Positions 1 through 13,135 of a DNA stretch of 64,000 bases are shown one piece after another. The position numbers were made by a program, and so were the translations under genes. Position 1 is the first letter of the stretch. The number at the start of each line of letters is the position of its first letter. A model generated the notes under the pieces. The model was given only the letters and a program-made list of their open reading frames with translations. It had not been told where the DNA came from and searched no databases. This DNA comes from the human T2T-CHM13v2.0 reference genome, Homo sapiens: assembly GCF_009914755.1 (NCBI RefSeq), contig NC_060932.1; one strand, 5' to 3'.

Positions 1-194
1 TTGAGGAAAAGAGTTTTTATGATTCTATTTGTTTTTCAACAGTTATGTAAATCCTTATACATATGCTCCCCATTGAATATTTACTGTTTCTTCATTATAA
101 TTTAGACAAATGTTATATAGGAAGAAAGTATTGAAAAGAAAGCACAAAACATTCAAGAGGCATTATGGCGTGTGTCATGTTAGAAGAGTTTACC

Positions 195-285
195 ACAGGG
201 TCTTAGCTGGGCTTTTATCCTAACTAGCTGTGTGATCTTGAGAAGTTACTACTTCTGAATCTCACACCTCATATGTAAAATTAAT
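195..285 (+). mobile_element. MIR SINE fragment
   Basis: Degenerate MIR core: actagctgtgtgatcttgagaagttacttacttctgaatctca..ctcatatgtaaaat. Confidence 0.6.
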
Positions 286-890
286 ATTTTATTTAAAAGG
301 AAATTCAATCTCCAAACTCCCTTCTAATTTTACATTTCCATGGCTGTAAAATTTCATTAACAAATATACAACAATCTTTTTAATGAGACTATTTTTCTCT
401 TAATTCATTTCATTTAAGGTGGTCACTATGCGAGGTGGCTGCTGTTGTCTAATAGGAGAGTCAGTAACTTCCCACAAGCACCATGGTCCTCAGATGTGGA
501 TCATTTACAGTGCTCAGAAAAGTCCTGTAAATAGCCCACGCCCAGATCAGGACTGCCTCATGTTAAACTTATCAACTTCATTACAATGTCACTCTCATGC
601 TTGCCTACTAAGAAGGAAGAATGACACAGGAGTGGATTTCTTTTCTGAATCACAGAAAAAAACTGTAAATCCATCAGATTTCCCAAGCAGGCAGGGTGCT
701 TTATTAGGTGATAAGAAGGAAAAAGAACCTTCTTTTGCCAACTTTGGCTTGTAAGTTTTCCCATTATCCTGCAAAGTCTGTTCATTATACCACATCATGT
801 GTGATGCTGTGGCATTTGTCTGGAGTGAGTGATTCACACCTGTTTGTTAACTAGACTCACATTTTAGGAAGCAATAGAAACTGTGATTAT

Positions 891-1222
891 TTTATTAGTC
901 TGACTTCAACAAAGAAACGGAACCAAGATTGTGTGTGTATGTGTGTATATATGTATATACACATATACATACACATATATATGCATATAAAATTATATAT
1001 ATAGATAGATACATGCTCCTCAACTTAAGAGCATTGTAAGTTGAAAATATTGTAAGTCAAAAATATATTTAATACACCTATCATTAGCACTGAAAAGATC
1101 AAAATTCAAAATTAGAAGTATGGTTTCGACTGACTGCATATTGCCTTCACACCATCACAAAGCTGAAAAATTACAAGTGAAACCACAGTAAGTTGGATAT
1201 GTCTGTATACATTCATTTTATA

Positions 1223-1257
<35 letters not shown>

Positions 1258-1719
1258 TGTAATTTATTATGGGAATTGGCTCACACAACTATGGAGGCTG
1301 AGAAGACCCACCATCTGCAGTCTATAAGCTGGAGAACGAGGACAGCAGTGGTGTAATTTAGTCTAAATCAAAAATCCTGAGAACTAAGTGGGGTTGGGGA
1401 TGCTGCTGTAAGTTGCAGAGTTTAAAGGACCAAGAACCAGGAGCTCCAATATGCAAAGGCAGAAGAAGATGTATGTGCCGGCTCAAAAAGAGAAAGAATT
1501 TGCCCTTTCTCTGTTTCTCCTATCCAAGTTTTGCTCTCTTCAACAGATTGCATAATGCCCATCCAAGTAGGTGAGAGTGAATCTTCTTTACTCAATCTAC
1601 TGATTCAATGGTCATCTTTTCCAGAAACGCCCTCACAGAGACACCCAGGAATAATGTTTTACCATCTATCTGGGCATCCCTTAGCCCAGTCAAGTTGACA
1701 CATAACATTAATCATTACA
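891..1719 (-). mobile_element. MLT2B/C-type ERVL solo LTR, interrupted by MER47
   Basis: Ends cccttagcccagtcaagttgacacataacattaatcattaca, the reverse complement of the MLT2 5' end. Starts tattagtc..gaaccaa and contains the typical internal (TA/TG)n tract. Confidence 0.85.
1010..1205 (+). mobile_element. MER47-like Tigger (TcMar) MITE nested in the MLT2 TA tract
   Basis: atgctcctcaactta..gtaagttgaaaatattgtaagtcaaaaat..aagatcaaaattcaaaattagaagtatggtttc..gtctg followed by TA. Confidence 0.8.
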
Positions 1720-3039
1720 GTAATAAATCAATACTTAAAATCTAAAATAAATTTTGTAAAAAATTAAGTATAATTTTCAAACATATAATGTGAGATTCTT
1801 TTAATATCTTGGCAAGAATTAAGCAAATCTTTTAACTTGTAATTATTTTTCATGTAAAGTTTCAACTGCCACCTATATGTCATTTTCTCTTCCATCTCTG
1901 TTTCTGGATCTTAACTCTTGTATTTACTTGCAGATGCCTGTGCCTGCTGTTAGGCTGTCAGCTCCTTGGAGGCAACACTGGGCTGGAGCAAAGCTCAATA
2001 GGGCCTTACTCTGGCCATGGAGGTGCAACCACCGAACACGTAGAGGTCTGTAGAAGTCAGTGTGAGAACTCCTAATTTTGTCTTTAATAAGAAAAGAACA
2101 GTGGGAAACAGGAATCTTTCATAATCACATAATCTTTAAGGAGGAGTAGGATTAGATCTCAGGTCTTCTCACTTCCATGTTCTGGTTTTTAAAATAACAG
2201 CTCCCTTATTGTGTTAGGAAAAACCTTCTGACAAACCCCGAATATATCATGTTCTAGACTGAGAGCATTCTGAAAGTCCTGTGAGGACAGGGTTGGTTGC
2301 CTTCTGCACTAGTTTGTCTCCAGGACCTAGTATGTTGTAAAGCACAGTTAACATTATAAATTGATATTACAAGTATTTCCGAACAACTTTAAAAGTGAGA
2401 GAAAGACATATATCAAAGCAAACAGAGGGACTGCATTATTACTATGACACATTAGCACCTTAATTTATAAAATTAAGAGCACAACGGATCAAATTTGAAT
2501 AGAAATGAACGATTTAATAAATGTTCAGTAGTGAGATTGAACACAACTTTACCAAAACGTAGTTGATCATTCACAAGGAGTTTTGAGGATCTTATATGCC
2601 TGTCATTTTACTGTATGTTTGACTAACACATTTGGTTAGACTATCAACTATGTATCAATGGAATGTTTCCAGTATGATCAGAACCATATCATCTTTATTG
2701 CTGTTTTATACTTAAAGTACAGAATATTTTTGTGAGAAAAGAACCTATTATTCTGTTCTTTTGTTTCAAAATTACATGATCCGACTATTATCAAGATGCA
2801 TAAATCCTTGGCTTTGGCTTGGTAACATTATATGTATATTTCAGTTTATATAAATATAACTACTTATTTGTGCCATTAAATCAATTACAATAAATTAGTA
2901 TCAGTGTTCTAAATTAGTCACCACAAACGTATTTATGTAAAATTTTTTATTCTTCCTACTTCAGAAATATGCAATAATTAACACATTTAAATTATATATT
3001 ATTAACACTTTGTGTGAAAGTGCAGAAATTGTATATCGA

Positions 3040-4150
3040 ATATTTTCTATGTTGAATCAGGATGGATGTTCCAATAGTGAACTGTATCCACCAAATGAAA
3101 GCAGAATATGTCTCTCATTACTTTTCACTGTCTGCAGGATCCACTTTGATATTTCACTTTCATCTATTATGTTAGTAATTTGAGTATTATTTTCCTTGAT
3201 AAGCCTGAATGAGATTTTATAAAGTGATGTTAATTTTTTATAACATCATCGTTTTTGCTTTATGTTCGTTATAAATTGTATTAGTTTTTTAAATTAATTC
3301 CTGTTCTTATCTTTATTAATCCTTTTTTTATTGATTGGATATACTATTTATTCTTCTAAGTTTTTGAGATTGAAGTTAGTTCATTTGATTTCAACCTTCC
3401 ATTCTTACATGTTCATTTCTGGTTATAAAATTCTATCTAAATACTGCTTTTGCTGCATCTCACAAATTTTGTTATGTAACATATTTATAATTATTAAATT
3501 CAAACTATTTTCTAATTTTCCAGTGACTTTTTTGACTCAGGAATTATTTAGAAGTATATTAGTTTTTAGGCAGTGAGCATGTTCTAATTTTTTTATTGTT
3601 TTTGAATTGATTTCTGAATTCCACTATTTTCAGAGAATATACTCTTAATTGTTTCAATTCTTTGGAGACTTATGAGATTTCTTTAGGGTGGTTAATCACT
3701 TTCACCACCTATGTTCCACGGGTATCTGAAGGGATTTGTAGTTACTACATTGGTGGTTACAGTATTCCAGATTTGTCAATTAGGTCATCATTCTTATGTG
3801 CATGGACAGACTTTCTATAGCTTTTCTATCTTTATCATCTATCAAAACTTCCCCCATGATTTCCCTTTATAGTTCTGTATAATTTTTATTTATATCATTT
3901 GAAATTATATTTTTGGGGACATGAAGATTTTAAATTATGCTATCTTCCTTGTGAACTGACCCTCATTATTAAGAAATACCTCTTTTTCTCTATAAACACT
4001 GCCTGCCTTAAAGTTTCTTTCGTCTGTTGGTTAGTATAGTGACAACTTTTCTAGTCATTAGTGTTTTGTGATATATGTTCTTCTACATTTATTTTCTAGT
4101 GTTTTCTGTCCTCATATGTAAAATGTGTCTTACAAACAGTATAAACGTCT
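3040..4150 (-). mobile_element. Old L1 (L1M/L1ME class) ORF2 fragment
   Basis: T-rich antisense L1 motifs, e.g. tttgctgcatctcacaaattttg, cagagaatatactct, ctgcctgccttaaagttt. Confidence 0.65.
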
Positions 4151-4739
4151 TTTTTCCCCCCAGTCTACATTTTTACTTGATGATAGGGTATTTAGGCAGC
4201 ATCAAGTCAGGACCACCTCCAACACTTCTGTCTTTTATTTGCTGTATTCCCAGGGTTTCTCCCTCGGAGGTTCTTTGTCTCCTAATCACTGCCAGACTGA
4301 GAAATTTTGCTCTGCTTTTCAGAACGATTTTATCTTAACTCATTAGTTGCTTACCCCACACAGCTTTAGAACTTAGCACAAATCTTGAGGGACATACTGT
4401 CTCTTTGCTTGAGGCCCACATTTTTGGAACTGTGCCCCTTCATGTCTTTGTGCTCACCAGAAGCTCCAGGTAGCAATCTTCTGTCTTGGATAAATCCAAA
4501 TGCTGAGCCTACAACAAATGCCTGGAATTGACAGAAGCCCCAGAAGAACAGCAGCAGCAGATTCTTGTCTCATTTCTTAAAGATTCGCCCATGTTTACAA
4601 TCTTGGTCTCCCATTGTCTTCTGTGATTCTCTGATGATAGCTTGTGATATATTTGTAGGTTTTCCTAGATTTTCTACCTATTGTCAATGGTAGTCTTCTG
4701 CTTGTTACAATCTAGTTTGCCTACCCAAATAAGACAGGG

Positions 4740-5780
4740 TATTATTTTTTAAGTGAGAGTCAAGCATATTTGCATATTAAGAAGAACAATCCTGTCGAGG
4801 AGAATGGATGTCATGGTTGGTAGAGCAGAAAATAGCTTTATCTGTATTCTTCTTTAATAAGTGAGACAGAGAATTCATCTAATGTCCAAGGGGAGCAATT
4901 AGCCCTAAATAGCAGTAGTGAGAGCTTATTTATAATAACAGAAAAATCAGAGCTATTCTTTGACCACTGCAGGTCAGATGGTGGCGGTATATGTGGTAAT
5001 GGGAACTTATGAAATTTTTCTTCTGATTATTTCTGTTTCTGTCAGTAAACAGGAAGTAAGGTTATAAGTTGAGAATGATGAATTGAAAGGAGTGAAGGTA
5101 TGAAGATGTGGAATAACCCTTTAAATGAGTGACAGAGAAGTGTATTTGTAAGACTCTTAGCTCACTTGGTATAATTAATCATGCATTTAAAGTCAATTCA
5201 ATCACCATGCGTATGTGTTTATTTCTAACCAAGTTCAGTGACTTCGAGCAGGAACAGAGTAAATGGAGAAATACATTTAATTAGAGTTAGTATTTCACTA
5301 GGAGAATATGATGGAAGCAGAAATGAGCAAAAGAGTGAATATGGGAGTTATTAAATGATTATTTGTGCAATTTAAAGTAGCAGAGATGAAATTAGGGATA
5401 TGAAGCAATGAGAGACAGTGATAAGAAGATAGTATGAATGGAAATTACATCTAGCAGTGTAAAAAATTCCAGGAGTCAGTGAACGAGGGGAATTGAACTG
5501 AGAAGTAAGATGTAATAGTTGGAGATTGAAATCCTTGAAATTTTTATTATAGAGAAGGTGAATTTCTGTGTAATGACAAGTTTTAGAGTGTGATAGGGCT
5601 GGGTAATTGAAGTCAATGACTGGATATGAGGAGAGGAGACCAAATTATTAAGAAGTCAAATTATTAGAAGAGTCATCAACAAATAAAAGTGTCACGAGAG
5701 AGAGAGTAGCCCTGGTGCTGAAATCTTAAGGAGTGATAGAAATGGGAGAAGATTTTGACGATAGGGTTAGTGGATTGTAC
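4740..5780 (-). mobile_element. L2 LINE fragment
   Basis: ttcttctgattatttctgtttctgtcagtaaacaggaagtaaggttataagttgagaatg matches antisense L2 ORF2; purine-rich. Confidence 0.7.
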
Positions 5781-6121
5781 AATTTGAAGGAATTAACTTA
5801 GGAAATGATGATGTTAGACAAATATTTTTTAATGTCTCTCATTGAAATATCACGATTTCCTCCATAAAGATCTTTCACATTCATTAAGTCATTCGGTAAT
5901 TATTTACTAGGAGCCTAAGCCCCGTTCCGGACATTAGAAATCTAGCCACTTAACTTTGTCACCGCCTTACTAAAATATTGCTCTCATATTTAAATAATCT
6001 GGAGGAATTTTTTAAAATGTTAAGCAAAACACCACATTCTTCAGCTCAAACTCATCCAGTATTGACTCATTACATGCAAAAGAAAATAAAATTATTTTAC
6101 CATGTCCTAGAAAATCTCTCT

Positions 6122-6668
6122 TGTTGGGAAAGGCAGTCATATGCATGCAGTCTTTTGATGACGCTGGGCTGCACAAGAATGGTCCTGGAGATGGAGACAT
6201 TTTCTTACCAAGACAGAAAGAGCAGTCACAGTCTGTGTTGGCTTTACGGCCATGTACGGGAATGTCTTACTTTCTACCGATCTCAATATGTGTTCCTTTG
6301 CTCTACTTAAGCGTATGTGTCATATAGCACCTCGCCAACCCCACTAGTACCTGTGTACTATGAAGTCCTTCTCCTGCAACACAAGAGGAAAGGTAGGCTG
6401 TAGAAGGAGCTTGTTCTGGCCATGGGGGACCCACAGCCACAATGGAAGCTGATCTGGCCCTGCCTCTGTATGTGAGCAAAGCATTGCTCCACACCATGCC
6501 TGCAGGTTGTGTCTTCCTTGGATACTCTGAACCATGGAGTGAGTTGGATGTCCTGAGACTGCTGTTCCTGCTGGCAGCATTATGCTATTTGCTATTCTCC
6601 ATGAAATGGACTCCCCTGCTATCACCAACAGAGGTGGAAAAAGGTGTGTCACTTGCCGCACAGTTACA
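6122..6668 (+). mobile_element. ERVL solo LTR (LTR52/LTR53-like) inserted into an L2
   Basis: Starts TGTTGGGAAAGGCAGTC..CATGCAGTCTTTTGA and ends ..gtgtcacttgccgcacagttaCA. L2 sequence resumes immediately afterwards (gatctggctcctgtcttcctctcca). Confidence 0.6.
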
Positions 6669-6669
6669 C

Positions 6670-7140
6670 ACACAAGATCTGGCTCCTGTCTTCCTCTCCA
6701 ACGGTTTTCTTATACCAATCATCTCCTTCCACACTTCCAAACTGTTTTGAATGGCCAAGCTTCTATCCTTCAGTGAGACATTATATTAGTTGTTCGTTCT
6801 GCCTGGAATTCACTCTCACCAGATCTGTATAAGGCTGCTAAACACTTGGGTTATTCACATGCCATCTTTCCAAGGAGGTCCCCTCCAAAACACTCAATTA
6901 AAAATAGTCATCAGTCATCATTCTTGGTCCTAAACTTGGCTCCATTTTCTTGATAACACTAATGGTCTATGAAATTCAACATTTAAAATTGTATAAAATT
7001 CTATTTATCACTTGTATATTGTGTGTCTCACACACATATGAATTTTTTCAGGAGAGCAGACCCTTATTTTGTTAACCACTTAATCTTTAATTACTAGAAT
7101 AGTTCACAGAACACAGGAGGTGTGTAGAAACACTGTGAAA
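6670..7140 (+). mobile_element. L2 3' fragment
   Basis: gttcgttctgcctggaattcactctcaccagat..tagttcacagaacacaggaggtg, typical of the L2 3' region. Confidence 0.65.
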
Positions 7141-7237
7141 GGAAAGGGGAAGAAGGAAGTAAGAAGGGGGCAGGAGATGAAGAAATTTTGAGAATGTCTG
7201 CTTACTGCCTTTGAACTCGAATACAAAATGCACTTTA

Positions 7238-7587
7238 TTTAGACTGTGCAGGTCCACTTATATATGGATTTTCTTCAACTTCTTCCCCCTCCTCCTCAGT
7301 CTGCTCAGTGTGAAGATGATGAGGATGAAGACATTTAAAAAGATCTATTTGCACTTAAATATATTTTATTTTCCTTATTAATATCATTATTTTTTCTCTA
7401 GCTTACTTTATTGTAAGAATGCAGTATACAATACATGTAACATGCAAAATATGTGTGTTGATGTTATCAGTAAGTCTTCTAGTCAACTTTTAGTAGTTAA
7501 GTGTCTGGGGAGTCAAAAGTTGCAGTGGATTTTTTACTGAGGAGGGGACTGACACCCCCAATTCCCATGTTGTTCAAGGGTCACCTG
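7238..7587 (+). mobile_element. Tigger2a (MER28) DNA transposon
   Basis: ggtccacttatatatggattttctt..gaagatgatgaggatgaagac..ctagcttactttattgtaagaat..gttgttcaagggtcacctg. Confidence 0.9.
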
Positions 7588-8240
7588 TTCTGCTTAACAG
7601 ATTTAGGTAATAATTTCTTTCCCTCAGAATGTCTAGATACTACTTGATTATTCATAACTCTGAAAGATACTATGAAAAAATCATGTAAACTTGACTTTTT
7701 TCCTTTTGTATATGACTTGTTTTATTTCTGCGTGGTTACTTGAAGGATTCTTTCTTTATCCCTGCACGTTACTAATAATCCAGATGTATCTCAATATAAA
7801 ATTGTATTATGGTGTCCTATATATATGTTGTTCCTCCAATTTATTTTTCATTCTGCAGATAAAGTTATTTAAATAGTGTTTTGTCTCTAATATATATGAC
7901 AATAATTTTTGTTCCATTTGTTAGATTCCCTAGTTTAGAAATAAGTATTTGCTTTTTACGGCAGATATATTCTTTCTGCTGTTCTTATCTAACAGCTTCT
8001 CTGTAATTATGTTAATTATGCATCTATTGCCTCTCTCTATCCCAGGCATTTTTATCATGCTTATATTCACTTTTCAGCTGTGCTCAAAACCCTTCCATTC
8101 TGACTGGTTCTAAGTTACTTACTTGATATTCAATTATGTGAATTGTGGTCTCAGGGTTTCTTATCTCAGAAATTTCTTTTTCCATATTAAACTCTGATTT
8201 TATCAGTTTACTTCCTCACCTCTTAGATGTGAATTTGTAT

Positions 8241-9106
8241 TTTTTAAATTTGTAATGTTTGTGGGTACCTAATAGATATACATATTTATGGGGTACATGA
8301 AATGTTTTGATACAGGCATGCAATGGGTAATAATCACATCATGGAGAAAGAGGTATCTATCCCCTCAAGCTTTTATTCTTGTGTTAAAAATGATCCTATT
8401 ATACTCTTTTAGTTATTTTAAAATGTACAATTAATTATCTATTGACTATAGCCATCCTGTTGTGCTATCAAATAGTAGGTCTTACTCATTTTTCTATTTT
8501 TCTATTTTTGTTGCACCCACTAGCCATCTCTAACTTCCTTCCACTCCCCCACTACTCTTCCCAGCCTCTGGTAACCATCCTTCTACTCTCTATGTCCATA
8601 AGTTCAATTGTTTTGATTTTTAGATCACACAAATAAATGAGAACATGCAATGTTTGCCTTTCTATAGCTGGCTTAACTCATTTAACATAACGATCTTTAG
8701 TTCCATCCACGTTGTTGCAAATGACAGGATCTCATTCTTTTTATGGCTGAATAGTACTCCATTGTGTATATGTACCAAATTTTCTTTATTCATTCATCTG
8801 TTGATGAACCTGTAGGTTGCTTCCAAATCTTGGCTATTGCTAATAGTGCTGCAACAAACATGGGAGTTTTTGATATCCTTGTGATAAACTGATTTCCTTT
8901 CTTTTCAGTATACGCCTAGCAGTGGGATTGCTAGACCATATGATAGCTCTACTTTTAGTTTACTGAGGCACCTCCAAACTGTTCTCCAAAGTGGCTGTAC
9001 TAATTTGCATTCCAACCAACAGTGTACAAGGGTTCCCTTTTTTTCAACATGCTTGCCAGCATTTGTTATTGCTTATCTTTTGGATAAAAGCCATTTTAAC
9101 GGGGGA
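8241..9106 (-). mobile_element. L1MA2/3-like 3' end, 5'-truncated
   Basis: tttatggggtacatgaaatgttttgatacaggcatgcaat..aataatcacatcatggag. Degenerate TSD gaatttgtattt (8231) / gagtttgtactt (9107). Confidence 0.85.
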
Positions 9107-9379
9107 GAGTTTGTACTTTTATTAATGCCTTCTCCAATGATATATCCTTGCAGGGAATGAGATGCCTTTGTTAGAAGAGTTTTGTTCTTCTGGACAGGGG
9201 TATGACATGTTTTGTGCACTCTCCTCTCCTCCATCATTTTTTGGTACTATGTATTGCTACTGTTTGTTATTATCCTATTCAAGGTAGCAGCTCTAACAGG
9301 TTGTTTGTCTATTATTTCTTTCTGGAACTTCTTTAAAACATATCGTGGGGTGCGTGTGTACGTGTGTGTGTGTACGTGT

Positions 9380-10760
9380 GTGTGTGTACATTTAATACCG
9401 CTGAACTTTTTTCTTCACACTTGCTCCCTCTTTATCTCCCATTGTTCTGTCTTCAGGAACATCTCCTACCTAGTTTGTTTTGTCTTGATTTAGTACTAGC
9501 TCACTTATTTAGCCCACCTTAATACGTAATTTAATTTCAAAAACTTAGGTTTTATATTTCTAAATTTTCTGCGTTTTACCACTAATTTCTGCACTTCGCT
9601 GAACTAAAATGTGTTCTTGTTAGATAATAGATCTGATTCGCCCCCTGCCTCTACTGGGGTATTAAATATACTTGCTTTACTGTCCACTATTATCTCTATT
9701 TCTTCCATGAGGGTTTCTCCCATTTGCAGAGTCTGTTGGCTCTCATGATATTGGCCTTTGTCAGACGTTTTGTGATTCCTGCTTGTACATCCATGGGGAT
9801 GTTCTCCCACATGTCTTTTCGGTTATGATGGCCACTTGGCTGGTTCCCTATCACAGGCCCTCCATGCTTGAGGTGAGCCCTGTTGCAGCAATCTCTGGTT
9901 AGAGCATTGCCTCATCACCTGCTTTCCTTTCTAAGACAAATCATTCTTTAATTTAGTTTTATTGTCATAGGTTATATTTTTACTCATCTTTAATGTTTAC
10001 ATTTCACTTACTTTCTCTTTTTTGCTCCAACTTGGGGTCATATTTTTGAGGTAGACTTCAATGTTTTGAATAATTTGCTTTTATTGTATTAAGTACTTTT
10101 GGCATGTTTACGAAAACATACACAAAGCAAGGGAGGATATCTATTTATTCATTTTCTTATTATTTCTTATCTAACGACTTCCCTGTACATGTTCATAGAT
10201 TCTAGAGACTTGATGACTATTTTTTAAATGACAATATTTGGTTGAAATATCAATTTTTAACATTTGTATTCAACTATTGTAAGTATACTAACAATAGCAT
10301 AGCTATCTATATTGTTGCTTATTTGATTTGGGTGCTTAGAGCCAGGTATTCTATGGTATAAGTTTTGTTTTCTTAGATTCTTAATTTTGTTCAACATCTC
10401 AGTTTGCTGGTCATCAAATTTAAGTACTTTAAAAAAAGAACATGCGTATTTTTAAGTTCCTATATAAACAAAAATGTTTTCCTACTGTCTTTATCAAGAA
10501 AGATGTCATTTTTTCTTTTAAAACTTTTCATATAGTTCTCCATTGTCTTGACAGTTAGAGCTGTTGAGAAGTGTGCAGTCAGCTTAATTTTTGTCTCTTT
10601 TGTAGATTAATTACTTTTTCTTTCCTGCCCGGAAACTTACAGATTTTGTCCTAACCCTTCTTCCTGGGCTTTCTTTGCCTGAGGCAAGTTTTACAATTTT
10701 TAATGTTTGACTATTATTTCTGTCACATTTTCTATGTATTCTTCACAATTCTATTGTATC
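9380..10760 (-). mobile_element. Highly decayed L1ME-class fragments
   Basis: T-rich antisense L1 motifs (ttctccattgtctt..gctgttgagaagtgtgcagtcagcttaatt). Boundaries are approximate. Confidence 0.5.
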
Positions 10761-11304
10761 TCATTTTTCTGTCACTATTACTCAAAAATAATTTCATCAT
10801 ATTACTTTCATTTATTTGTTCACAATGTTGCATTCTTGGAAAATTTGTCAAAAATATTACTCAAATTATCAACTTAGTTGTCCAGGACACTAATTAAGCT
10901 GATTTTTTGATATAAAGCAGACTAAAAAATAGAATTAGAATTTTTAACACAAATAGACTAGAAGTTTATACTTACAAAGTTCAAATGATCTGCTCAAATA
11001 AAAGAATGGTGAAATATAATGATTATTGAAAAACTTCCATACTAAGATTTATAAAAAAAAAACTGAAAAGTAAATTGTGGAATAAATGTGTGTCTGTTTA
11101 TTTGAATATCAATTCAGAAAGATGCTGTGTCATTTTTAAAATTAAGCAAGATAAAATAATTTATAGAAGAGTGAAGAGTATATTGAACCCATACAGTAAT
11201 GCTGTAAGTATGGTATTTACAAGTCCATTCCATCTTAGCATACATTGTTCAGTATCGTCCTGCACATTCCATGGTTGAAATTGCAAACTTGAAACAAGTT
11301 CCAG

Positions 11305-12068
11305 CATTATACTGAATGGGCAAAAGCTGGGGGCATTCCCTTTGAAAACCTGCACAAGACAAGGATGCCCTCTCTCAACACTCCTCAGGGAGGAAATGAC
11401 CTGGCCTTTTGGAACTTCAGCTTCCTCATCTGTGTCCTATTCAACATAGTACTAGAAGTCCTAGCCAGAGCAATTGGGCAAGAGAATGAAATAAAAGCCA
11501 TCCAAATAGGAAGAAAGGAAGTTACAATGTCTCTTCAGATAACATGATTCTGTATCTAGAAAACCCCATGATCTCAGCCCAAAAGCTTCTTTAGCTGATA
11601 AACAACTTCAGCAAAGTCTCAGGATACAAAATCAATGACATGGAATCAACCTAAATGCCCATCAAAGATACATTGGATAAATAAAATATGATATCTATAC
11701 ATCATGGAATACTACGTGGCCATAAAAAAGAATCCAAGATTATGTCTTTTGTGGGAACATGAATGGAGCTGGAGGCTATTACTCTTAGAAAACTGGTGCA
11801 AGAACAGAAAACCAAATACCACGTGTTCTCACTTATAAGTGGGAGCTAAATGATGAGAACTTAGGAACACAAAGAGAGAAACAACAGTGAGGTCTACTTG
11901 AGACTAAAGAGAGGGAGGAGGGAGAGGAGCAGAAAAGATAACTATTGGGTAATTGGCTTAATACCTGGGTGATGAAATAGCCTGTACAACGAATGTCATG
12001 ACACAAGCTTACTTATGTAACAAACCTTCACATGTACCCTTGAACCTAAACTAAAAATGTTTAAAAAA
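11305..12068 (+). mobile_element. L1PA15-17-like element, 5'-truncated, with an internal insertion and a ~1.4-kb internal deletion
   Basis: ORF2 motifs atactgaatgggcaaaagctg..acaagacaaggatgccctctctca. 3'UTR gagaggagcagaaaagataactattggg. TSD aaacaagttc (11292-11301) / aaagaagttc (12066-12075). Confidence 0.9.
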
Positions 12069-13135
12069 GAAGTTCACAGGAAAAATACAGGGTGTATAAC
12101 AAAAATAAAAGGAAAGGAAGAAAGGAAACACATAATACAGATGACTAAATAAAATTATTTTTGTAAAAATTTCAGAACACTAAAGTTATAAAAAGTATTA
12201 AAAGTTGAGTCAATTAACTTACTCGTCAACATGAGAGAGGGAAGGAGGGTCTACATCATCACATGAACTTCTAATTTAAGCTCCTGGAGTTCAATTATGC
12301 TTAAATTGGTTGGGCTCATGAAGGCTGAAAATTAAAAGACTGTGATACAGTAGAGAACATCATTAAGAGCAGTGTAAAGTTAAGAGCATATATATGGACT
12401 GAAACAATCTTAGGAATGACTTTGAATTTAAGATGAAAAAGTTTTACTCAATTTTTTATGCACTGAAGTGCACAGAGTTTTTGGAGGAGGGATGTGATTC
12501 AAATACAGCTGCATATTTACAAAATTAAACTGACCATTTCTGATTTTGAGAAGGAGAGATAGGGAAACCAGATAGAAATCCATTTTAATAACCCAAACAG
12601 GCATTTGCACTAACTAGATCGGAATGCAAAATCTTGTAATATTTCAGGAGATGTTATAAAGTTAATTTAGCTGAACTTCAAAATAGAAGAGGATCAATAC
12701 CAAGCAGACACTATGTATTAGTTAGCAGTACATAGTTATGAGTGACCAGATTTTCTCTTGTGTGCTTTAAGACAAATGTGACAGGGAAAATAGTAGGTGG
12801 CAACAGGGTTAAATTTTTGCACTCTCTTTGAAACTTTTATATCTAGGCTGTTGATTCTTAAGTTCAAAGATATTTATTTTTCCTAAAAATTATTTCCCTT
12901 ATTATCGGAAAGCAAGGGTATTCTTCCAGCCTCTTGTTTTAGCACAACTCAGAATGATCTGCCAACTGAATGTTCACTACTTATTTAATTTTTAAAGGGC
13001 ATTACGCACATTCAAGGTGGAAATCTTATAAAACAGATTTGGACTTTGTGACCCAAGATATGGTTTGCTTTAAGGAGGGTTCGGAAACAGTGTTAAGAAT
13101 GTGGGAAGAACACTTGTAGCAAAGACAAAAGCAAA

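Noticed and set aside
419-837. Overlapping ORFs of 75-111 aa
   Set aside because: No similarity I can recognise and no supporting gene structure; consistent with chance.
6344-6750. 100-110-aa ORFs on both strands
   Set aside because: They lie inside a GC-richer ERVL LTR, with no gag/pol/env similarity.
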